Source: Flavobacterium sp.
GTDB lineage: Bacteria; Bacteroidota; Bacteroidia; Flavobacteriales; Flavobacteriaceae
Direction of reading: 5' to 3'
Assembly: GCF_044371705.1 (NCBI RefSeq)
Contig: NZ_JBILTE010000001.1
Span: 2,570-66,569, forward strand
DNA: 64,000 nucleotides
The notes under the pieces were generated by a model. It did no database searches, had not been told where the DNA came from, and worked only from the letters and a program-made list of their open reading frames with translations. The translations under genes were made by a program, and so were the position numbers. Shown piece by piece: positions 32,878-40,687 of the stretch (positions within the stretch are counted from its first letter, which is position 1; every line of letters begins with the position of its first letter).

Positions 32878-34536
32878 ATGTGGAAAAGTCATCCTAAAGC
32901 ACTGCCGTATTTATTTTTGTCTGAAATGTGGGAACGTTTCGGGTATTATTTAATGATTGGTATTTTTACCCTATACCTAAAAGATGTCGAAGCCGGTTAT
33001 GCAATGACCGAAAAAGAAGCATCCGACTTATATGGAACATTTATCGCATTGGTTTTTCTTACGCCATTTATTGGAGGTTTAATTGCGGATAGATACTGGG
33101 GTTACAAAAAATCAATTGTAATCGGTGGACTAATGATGGGAGTGGGTTATTTTTTAATGGGAGTTCATAACATAACAGTTCTGTATATTGCCATGTCGCT
33201 CGTTATTGTAGGGAATGGTTTTTTTAAGCCTAATATTTCAACGCTACTTGGTAATTTTTATAATGAAGATAAATACAAAGAGAAAAAAGATGAAGGCTAT
33301 AATATATTCTATATGGGAATAAATATTGGAGCATTTATTTGTAATTTCTTTGGTGCTGCGTTAAAAATTCTGTTCGGTTGGGAGTATGCATTTATGGCAG
33401 CTGGGGTCGGAATGTTTATTGGTGTTATTGTTTTCATTTTAGGAACGAAACATTACGGCAATAAAACTGATAAGAAAGGTGTACAAGAAGGCGATATGCC
33501 GTTTTATAAAATTGTTTTGTTTATATTAGTGCCGTCGGCACTTTTTGGTGTGATAGGTTGGTTTTTAAACGGTGTGCAATCAGAAGCAAATCCCAATTGT
33601 TCAATTTTTGGTTCAGATAGTACAGATGCTTTTATTTTTGCATGTATACCGGTTATTTTCTTTTATGCCAGTTTATATTTCAAAGCGAAAAAAGAAGACA
33701 AGCGACCCATTGGAGCGTTGTTAACTATATTTGGCGTAGTTATTTTGTTTTGGGCGGTTTTTAAATTAAATGGTTCGGCGTTGAATAATTGGGGAGATAA
33801 ATATACCGACAGAGAATTAACGGGTGTTTCTCAAACAATTGCTTCAAAATTGGTTTTAACTGACACTTTAGTATACAAAAAAGATTCTGTAGCTCTTTAT
33901 GACGAAGCTTTCAGGATTCAAAAGGAAGAAGGGAAAGTCATCAAAGTAGTGGATTATCCATTGTATTTTAGAAATGTTAAAAAAGAAAAACTGCCTGAAG
34001 AGGGAAGTAAAGTCTTTACATGGTCGGCAAATTTAAGCCAATCCATTAATCCGGGTTGGGTCATCATTTTAACACCACTTGTTGTTGCTTTTTTTACCTT
34101 TTTAAGAGGTAGGAAAAAGGAACCAAGTACACCAACTAAAATTGCTTTTGGGTTACTCATTTCAGCCTTATCTGTTTTAGTGATGGTTGCAGCTGTGAAT
34201 ATGGGTGGAAATGGTTCAGAAAAGGTGAGCGTTTGGTGGTTGGTTGCGAATTATGGTGTGATTACCATTGGTGAGTTATTCTTGAGTCCCATGGGATTGT
34301 CGATTGTTTCGAAATTGAGTCCAACTAATATTACATCATTGATGATGGGTGGCTGGTTTTTGGCAACGTCTATCGGAAATAAGTTGAGCGGTGTTTTAGC
34401 CAGTTTATGGGATACCTATGATAATAAAGCTGATTTCTTCTGGATAAATTTTGGATTGTTAATGTTTGCAACTTTGCTTATGTTTGTTTTGTTAAAACAA
34501 CTCAATAAAGTGATGAAAGAAAAGGGAATTAATTAA
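32878..34536 (+). CDS. POT/PTR oligopeptide transporter (paralog 2, divergent)
   Basis: EMWERFGYY, GNGFFKPNIS, FYMGINIGA and GELFLSPMG motifs; TM7 reads FKLNGS instead of FEQAGS. Confidence 0.93.
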   Translation: MWKSHPKALPYLFLSEMWERFGYYLMIGIFTLYLKDVEAGYAMTEKEASDLYGTFIALVFLTPFIGGLIADRYWGYKKSIVIGGLMMGVGYFLMGVHNITVLYIAMSLVIVGNGFFKPNISTLLGNFYNEDKYKEKKDEGYNIFYMGINIGAFICNFFGAALKILFGWEYAFMAAGVGMFIGVIVFILGTKHYGNKTDKKGVQEGDMPFYKIVLFILVPSALFGVIGWFLNGVQSEANPNCSIFGSDSTDAFIFACIPVIFFYASLYFKAKKEDKRPIGALLTIFGVVILFWAVFKLNGSALNNWGDKYTDRELTGVSQTIASKLVLTDTLVYKKDSVALYDEAFRIQKEEGKVIKVVDYPLYFRNVKKEKLPEEGSKVFTWSANLSQSINPGWVIILTPLVVAFFTFLRGRKKEPSTPTKIAFGLLISALSVLVMVAAVNMGGNGSEKVSVWWLVANYGVITIGELFLSPMGLSIVSKLSPTNITSLMMGGWFLATSIGNKLSGVLASLWDTYDNKADFFWINFGLLMFATLLMFVLLKQLNKVMKEKGIN

Positions 34537-34546
34537 ATTTCGGCAC

Positions 34547-34554
34547 TATATTTG
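34547..34554 (+). promoter_or_regulatory. -7 box (TATATTTG) for the thioredoxin-fold pair
   Basis: Exact TAnnTTTG, 24 bp upstream of the ATG at 34578. Confidence 0.6.
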
Positions 34555-34577
34555 AAAACGACTAAAAAATTAAATTT

Positions 34578-35042
34578 ATGAAACAATTACTGATTACACT
34601 TGCAATGGTTTTTACAACTGTTGCAACGCAAGCTCAAGAAATAAAATGGATGACTTTTGATGAAGCAATTGCTATGCAAAAGAAAAGTCCGAAACCTATT
34701 TTTATGGATGTGTATACCGATTGGTGCGGTCCGTGCAAAATGTTGGATAAAAACACCTTTCAAACCAAAGAATTTTCAGAATTTATCAATGCAAATTATT
34801 ATGCTGTAAAATTCAATGGCGAAGGCAATACCGAAGTAAATTATAAAGGTAAAAAGTATACCAATCCAGGTTTCGACCCCAGTAGAACAGGACGAAATAG
34901 CATGCATGAATTTACAGGATTTTTAAAAGTAGAAGGATATCCATCAATGTATATTTTGGATAGAAGTGGTGAAATTGCAAAAGTGATTGTTGGTTATTAT
35001 CAAACAGAACAACTGCTTGCGGAATTAAAAAGTGTGAAGTAA
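34578..35042 (+). CDS. Exported thioredoxin-fold protein (CGPC)
   Basis: Signal peptide, YTDWCGPCK and GYPS cis-Pro loop. Confidence 0.88.
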   Translation: MKQLLITLAMVFTTVATQAQEIKWMTFDEAIAMQKKSPKPIFMDVYTDWCGPCKMLDKNTFQTKEFSEFINANYYAVKFNGEGNTEVNYKGKKYTNPGFDPSRTGRNSMHEFTGFLKVEGYPSMYILDRSGEIAKVIVGYYQTEQLLAELKSVK

Positions 35043-35043
35043 A

Positions 35044-35508
35044 ATGAAAAAGTATTTTTTTCTTTTTGTGTTTTTTGGAATGTTTCAGGTTGCTTCCTCA
35101 CAGGAGCTGACTTGGCATACCGATATTAACAAAGCCATCGAATTAGCAACAAAGGAAAATAAACCTTTATTTTTATTTTTTACAGGCAGCGATTGGTGCG
35201 GTTGGTGTATTCGTTTGCAAAATGAAGTATTCAAAAAGCCTGAATTTGCCACATGGGCAATTAAAAATGTTGTTTTAGTAGAACTAGATTATCCCCGTAA
35301 AACGAAGTTAGAAGAAAGTTTGCAAGCCCAAAACAACGAGATGCAAAAAATATTCAATGTAACCGGATATCCAACTGTTTGGTTTGTAAAACCTCAAACG
35401 ACTCCCAACGGAATTAATTTGCAGCAAATGGGTAAAATGGGCTATTTAGCCGGTGGGGCTCCAACATGGATAATGGCTGCAGATCGAATAATTACTATTG
35501 TACAATAA
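35044..35508 (+). CDS. Exported thioredoxin-fold protein (CGWC)
   Basis: Signal peptide, FTGSDWCGWCIRL and GYPT. Confidence 0.88.
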   Translation: MKKYFFLFVFFGMFQVASSQELTWHTDINKAIELATKENKPLFLFFTGSDWCGWCIRLQNEVFKKPEFATWAIKNVVLVELDYPRKTKLEESLQAQNNEMQKIFNVTGYPTVWFVKPQTTPNGINLQQMGKMGYLAGGAPTWIMAADRIITIVQ

Positions 35509-37533
35509 TTAATCGATTACAATTTTATAATATCCCTTTTCGTTTGTCGAATGAAAAGGGATATTCGTTTTTAGACAAATTTTCGACCATTCTTCCACTA
35601 CAGATGGATAATTACTTCCGTCAGCAACAACTATTTTAGGTTGTAATTCTGAAAGCATCCGTTCAAAATTGATTTTTGGTGATTGGATAAGCAGAACCAA
35701 ATCGGGATTCTTACCAATAGCATAGATGTTTTTTTGGTCAATTATTAAAACTCTCTGATTGCCAAATACGTAGACATTTTTTAAAGAATCGATGGATTCA
35801 ATAGACCCAAAATTACCATTTAAATAATTTTTAATTACATAATTACTGTTTATTAAAGTATCAGAAGTCATCAGGCGAATCTTATTGCTTCTTTTTTCAG
35901 CAATGATTGTTCTTTTTGGGTACTGAAAAATAATAATTTCGTCCGATTGAATATGGTAGTATTTGGATCCAATATAGCAAAGCTGAAAAACCAACAAACT
36001 AAATAAAGCGAATTGTAATCTTTTTGCATTTGGTTTTTTAAACCATAAATAGAAACCTACTGAAAGTATAAACGTGCCAAAAAGCAAATAGAAATTAAAA
36101 GGTATATCTTTTAAAACAAAGTTTTCAAACGAGGCAATCCAACTTACATAACCGTTCATGAAAAGTATAATTCGCGAAAGTAATTCAGTAATGATCATCG
36201 GAATCCAACCAAAAAAACTAAATATAACAGCAATAATTCCGCCTATTAAAATGACTGTAAGCATGGGAATGATTACAAGATTTGTAAGGAAAAACAACCC
36301 AGGAAACTGATGAAAATAGTAAATACTCAGCGGCAAAACCCCAATTTGTGCAGCAAAAGAAACAGTGAGTATATCATAAAAATAACCAATAATTTTATTT
36401 TGAGGTTTCCATAATTTCACAAATAGCGGTTGAATACTTACAATCGCAAAAACCGCACTGTAACTCAATTGAAATCCAACATCAAATAAAAAGTTCGGCT
36501 TGAACAGCAGTATTAGTAGGATCGAACTAGCTAAGGTGTTATAAATACTTGTGTATCTTCTCAAATAAAGCCCAATACCAACAAAACTAAACATTGTGAC
36601 CGCTCTTACCACCGAAGGTGACATTCCGGCTACCACAGCATACAACCAAAGAAGTGAAATTAATAGTAGTAGCTGAATAATCTTGCCATTTTTGAAGCGG
36701 CTAATCGGATTCAAAATTGTTTTAAAAAAGAACAAAAGTATGCCAATATGCAAACCGGAAATGGCAAGAATATGAATCGCTCCGGCCATTGAGTATTCTT
36801 GAATGGTAGTTTGTTCTAAATCTTGCCTTTGACCTAATAATAATGCTTTAAGAATAGAAAGTGCTTCACTGTCCATTTTGTTTCGTTCCAATGCCGTAAT
36901 AATTCCAAATCTAATTTGATTGATGTAGTAAGCAGAGTTTTTTTCAAGATCAATAACTCTAAAATTTTGATTTTCTAGATAAATTTGATGAAAAACATCC
37001 TTTTTTTCTAAGTAATTGGCATAATCAAATTGGTTGGGGTTATTGGGTTTGATTAAAGACTTTAACTGACAGTTGGCTAGCACTTTTTGACCAACGTCTA
37101 GTGGTTTTTCACTATTTTTTTTAGAAAAATTTACCAAAACCTTTCCTTTTACTGGCTTTGGGTTGATAGATTTTATTTGCAGATAGTACTTATGTGAATA
37201 AGCATTCGGTTTTAAAACTTCAGATACTGTGCCAATTATAAGTACATTTTCTTCCTGTAAATTCTGACTGTAATGATTTTTATGGTTTACAGGATAGTGC
37301 AAATTGAAAACCAGACTTCCAAGAACAAACGAAGTCAAATAACTTGCAATTCCAAAGTACAATTGAACTTTTTTGTTGCGTTTACAAAATAGATAGAGTA
37401 GTGTAACTGTAACAACCGAAATACCAGAAATAATAAATAAGGAGGTCGTGTCGGGTTTGAAGTAGTTGGCTACTAAAATTCCCAACGCAAAGGAAAGTGT
37501 GATGACAATGGTTGGAAATTTTAATGCCTTCAT
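35509..37533 (-). CDS. comEC: ComEC/Rec2-family competence protein
   Basis: DUF4131-like N-terminus, HILAISGLHIG, SPSVVRA, GFQLSYSAV and multiple TMs. Confidence 0.92.
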   Translation of the reverse strand: MKALKFPTIVITLSFALGILVANYFKPDTTSLFIISGISVVTVTLLYLFCKRNKKVQLYFGIASYLTSFVLGSLVFNLHYPVNHKNHYSQNLQEENVLIIGTVSEVLKPNAYSHKYYLQIKSINPKPVKGKVLVNFSKKNSEKPLDVGQKVLANCQLKSLIKPNNPNQFDYANYLEKKDVFHQIYLENQNFRVIDLEKNSAYYINQIRFGIITALERNKMDSEALSILKALLLGQRQDLEQTTIQEYSMAGAIHILAISGLHIGILLFFFKTILNPISRFKNGKIIQLLLLISLLWLYAVVAGMSPSVVRAVTMFSFVGIGLYLRRYTSIYNTLASSILLILLFKPNFLFDVGFQLSYSAVFAIVSIQPLFVKLWKPQNKIIGYFYDILTVSFAAQIGVLPLSIYYFHQFPGLFFLTNLVIIPMLTVILIGGIIAVIFSFFGWIPMIITELLSRIILFMNGYVSWIASFENFVLKDIPFNFYLLFGTFILSVGFYLWFKKPNAKRLQFALFSLLVFQLCYIGSKYYHIQSDEIIIFQYPKRTIIAEKRSNKIRLMTSDTLINSNYVIKNYLNGNFGSIESIDSLKNVYVFGNQRVLIIDQKNIYAIGKNPDLVLLIQSPKINFERMLSELQPKIVVADGSNYPSVVEEWSKICLKTNIPFHSTNEKGYYKIVID

Positions 37534-37571
37534 CTTAAACGAAGGTAAGAAAAATAATCTAAAAAATGTAG

Positions 37572-38210
37572 TTAATTTAAAATTCGATTAGCTTGAGCAA
37601 AAGTTCGCTGATAATAAGGTTCTTTCGTAGAAGAAACGATTACACCTCTTTGAACAGAAGAATGGATAAAAATAATTTCATCAACTTTTACTTCGGTTAC
37701 CAAACCTACATGATTGATAACACTTCGTCCGTTAGTTCTAAAAAAGACTAAATCACCCTTTTGAATTTCTTCACGCTTCAATTTTTTTCCAACTTTCGAC
37801 ATATCGTTAGAGCTTCTGGGTAGAGAAATGTCATATGCTTTGAAAACGGTAGTAACTAATCCCGAACAATCCATTCCTGCAGGAGTTGTTCCACCACTTC
37901 TGTATTTTACACCATCATATTCCATTGCCGTATAAATAATTTGCTTCACCAAATAAGGTGTTTCATCTGAATCTAGGTCATAGTCAGATTCTTCATTCTC
38001 AACAAGTTTGTTTATCGAAGATTTTTTACTTGCAATAATTGGTGTTTCCTCTGAATTTGCAGTCGCTGTGTTTTTAGTTGCAAATGTTTTCGGTAATTCT
38101 TTATAGGTTCCCTGCTTCTGCGACACTTGTTTAGATGTCACAATAGTAGAACTTGGTTTGCAAGAAACCAATACAAGCAGTAGAAATAATATATAAAAAA
38201 GCTGTTTCAA
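37572..38210 (-). CDS. NlpC/P60 (C40) peptidoglycan peptidase lipoprotein
   Basis: Lipobox LVSC; DCSGL, HVG and HSS catalytic residues. Confidence 0.9.
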   Translation of the reverse strand: MKQLFYILFLLLVLVSCKPSSTIVTSKQVSQKQGTYKELPKTFATKNTATANSEETPIIASKKSSINKLVENEESDYDLDSDETPYLVKQIIYTAMEYDGVKYRSGGTTPAGMDCSGLVTTVFKAYDISLPRSSNDMSKVGKKLKREEIQKGDLVFFRTNGRSVINHVGLVTEVKVDEIIFIHSSVQRGVIVSSTKEPYYQRTFAQANRILN

Positions 38211-38222
38211 AAGTTTCTATTT

Positions 38223-39338
38223 TTAAATTTTTATTGATTCATAAATTAGATGTGCCACTTTTTTACTGGCACCGTCGCCACCTAATTTTTGTTCCAAAAG
38301 TTCGTATTCGCCAAGCATTCTTGAACGATTTTCGGGTTGTAATAGTTTGTGTAACTCTTCTTTAATTCGTTTTTTGTTGCACTGATCCTGAATTAGTTCC
38401 GTCACTACTTCTTTGTCCATTATTAAATTTACTAAAGAAATATATTTTAAAGTAATGATGCGTTTGGCAATTTGATAGGAAATCCAATTCCCTTTATAGC
38501 AAACTATTTCCGGCACTTTGTGTAAGGCAGTTTCCAACGTTGCAGTTCCTGAAGTAACTAATGCTGCCATTGAAACACTCAATAAATCATACGTTTTATT
38601 CGAAATTAAATGAACGCTTTTCTTTTTTAAAAATTGCTCGTAATAGGACAATTCTTGTCCCGGTGCTCCGGCAATGACGAACTGATAGTCTTTAAAATCA
38701 TCCACAACAGCTAGCATTTGTTCAAGCATTTTGCTAATTTCTTGTTTTCTGCTTCCGGGGAGCAAAGCTATAATCGGCTTTTCATCCAAGTTATTCTCTG
38801 TGCGGAATTTAGCGTCATCCAGTTTCAGACGATTATGAATTGCATCTATTAAAGGATGACCGACAAATTCCACCGGAAAATGATGTTTCTTTTCGTAAAA
38901 ATCTTTTTCAAAAGGCAAAATTACATACAATTTATCAAAATCTCTTTTGATGGCTTTGATTCTATTTTCTTTCCAAGCCCAAATTTGCGGAGAAATGTAA
39001 TAGTGTGTTTTAATGTTTCGTTCTTTCGCCCATTTGGCAATTCGCATATTAAAACCGGGATAATCAATAAAAATAATGACATCAGGTTTATATTTTACAA
39101 TATCTGCTTTGCAAAATTTGATATTATTTAGAATGGTACTCAAGTTCATAATCACTTCGGCAAAACCCATAAAAGCAAGTTCTTTATAGTGTTTGACTAA
39201 AGTTCCGCCAACAGTTTGCATCAAGTCGCCACCCCAAAATCGAATGTCAGCTTTTGAATCTTCCTCAAAAAGAGCTTTCATTAAATTGGAACCGTGCAAA
39301 TCACCGGATGCTTCACCTGCAATGATATAGTACTTCAT
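38223..39338 (-). CDS. lpxB: Lipid-A-disaccharide synthase
   Basis: AGEASGDLHG, IDYPGFN, SPQIWAW, LLPGSR and SGTATLE. ATG at 39338 is preferred over the TTG at 39347. Confidence 0.95.
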   Translation of the reverse strand: MKYYIIAGEASGDLHGSNLMKALFEEDSKADIRFWGGDLMQTVGGTLVKHYKELAFMGFAEVIMNLSTILNNIKFCKADIVKYKPDVIIFIDYPGFNMRIAKWAKERNIKTHYYISPQIWAWKENRIKAIKRDFDKLYVILPFEKDFYEKKHHFPVEFVGHPLIDAIHNRLKLDDAKFRTENNLDEKPIIALLPGSRKQEISKMLEQMLAVVDDFKDYQFVIAGAPGQELSYYEQFLKKKSVHLISNKTYDLLSVSMAALVTSGTATLETALHKVPEIVCYKGNWISYQIAKRIITLKYISLVNLIMDKEVVTELIQDQCNKKRIKEELHKLLQPENRSRMLGEYELLEQKLGGDGASKKVAHLIYESIKI

Positions 39339-39339
39339 C

Positions 39340-39612
39340 TTAAACAAACAATGTTATCAAAGTTACCAATACAGTTGCCAATACAACTCCTCTTGCCATC
39401 AATTCTTTTTTAAGTTTTAGTAAAACAAAAAAAGTAATAATATTTAAAACCGCCCCTAAAGCAATTAATTTTCCTAATGAATTTTGGGATTTCAAAATAC
39501 GAATACCTTCCAAGAATTCATAATCTGTAAAAATCAGAATGAATAGAATAGTCCCTATCAATGCTGCAATTAATCCAATCAAAATTCCAATAAATACCTC
39601 TTTTTTTTCCAT
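39340..39612 (-). CDS. Small three-TM membrane protein, function unknown
   Basis: 90 aa hydrophobic ORF between surE and lpxB, co-oriented with both. Confidence 0.7.
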   Translation of the reverse strand: MEKKEVFIGILIGLIAALIGTILFILIFTDYEFLEGIRILKSQNSLGKLIALGAVLNIITFFVLLKLKKELMARGVVLATVLVTLITLFV

Positions 39613-39639
39613 GACTTTTGATCAGATAGTTTGAATAGT

Positions 39640-40419
39640 TTATTTTTTATTGAAATTATATGTATTTAATTTTTGTACAAAATGATGAGCCGTCATATCG
39701 AATTGAACTGGGACCACAGATACATAATCGTTTGCTAATGCCCATTCATCAGTGTCTTCCCCTTGATCTTGGTTAACAAATTCGCCTGTTAACCAATAAT
39801 AATCTCGGCCTTGAGGTGTTTGTCGCTTGTCAAATTTTTCCATCCAATAGGCTTTTGCCTGCCTGCAAACTTTAATGCCTTTGATTTCATTTGCCTGCTT
39901 TTTAGGAAAATTTACATTTAGAATAACGCCTTCCGGAAGGCCATTTGTTAAAACTTCGGATATTATTTGTCGAACAAATTTTTTCACGGCCTTAAAATCT
40001 GCATTCCAATTATAATCTAATAATGAAAATCCAATCGCAGGAATTCCTTCGATTCCTGCTTCAACAGCAGCACTCATGGTTCCTGAATATATGACATTGA
40101 TTGAGGAATTCGATCCGTGATTGATACCTGAAACACATAGATCAGGTTTTCTTTTTAAAATTTCATTGACTGCCAATTTTACACAATCTACCGGAGTCCC
40201 CGAACAACTGTATTCTTGGACAGTAGCATTTTCATCCGTAATTTTATTAATAAAAAGGGTGTTATTGATTGTAATTGCATGACCTGTGGCACTTTGCGGA
40301 CTGTCTGGTGCAACTACAACTACAGTTCCAAATTCTTGCATGATACTAATCAGCATTCGAATTCCCGGAGCTGTGATGCCATCGTCATTGGTTACTAAAA
40401 TCAAAGGTGTTTTTGTCAT
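39640..40419 (-). CDS. surE: 5'/3'-nucleotidase SurE
   Basis: ILVTNDDGI, GTPVDCV, SGINHGSN and YSGTM motifs. Confidence 0.96.
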   Translation of the reverse strand: MTKTPLILVTNDDGITAPGIRMLISIMQEFGTVVVVAPDSPQSATGHAITINNTLFINKITDENATVQEYSCSGTPVDCVKLAVNEILKRKPDLCVSGINHGSNSSINVIYSGTMSAAVEAGIEGIPAIGFSLLDYNWNADFKAVKKFVRQIISEVLTNGLPEGVILNVNFPKKQANEIKGIKVCRQAKAYWMEKFDKRQTPQGRDYYWLTGEFVNQDQGEDTDEWALANDYVSVVPVQFDMTAHHFVQKLNTYNFNKK

Positions 40420-40472
40420 TCTTTTGTTTTAATTGAATTTTGTTTGAAATAGATAATTCAATAAAAGTTTTT

Positions 40473-40480
40473 CAAAAATA
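40473..40480 (-). promoter_or_regulatory. -7 box (TATTTTTG) upstream of surE
   Basis: TAnnTTTG match on the minus strand. Confidence 0.45.
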
Positions 40481-40687
40481 AACCTATTCAAAGAATATAA
40501 AAAAAATTACGTGCTAAAGTTATGTTATCTTGCGGCATTAAGTCAAAATTAACTAATTTTAGAGGATTACAATGGTTGATTTTTATAACTTTGTTTCCAA
40601 ATGAAGTTATTTGATTTTTATTTAAAGTAGTAGATACTCTTATAATAATTGGCATAATTTTTAATGATTAAAGTGATAATGACCTAA

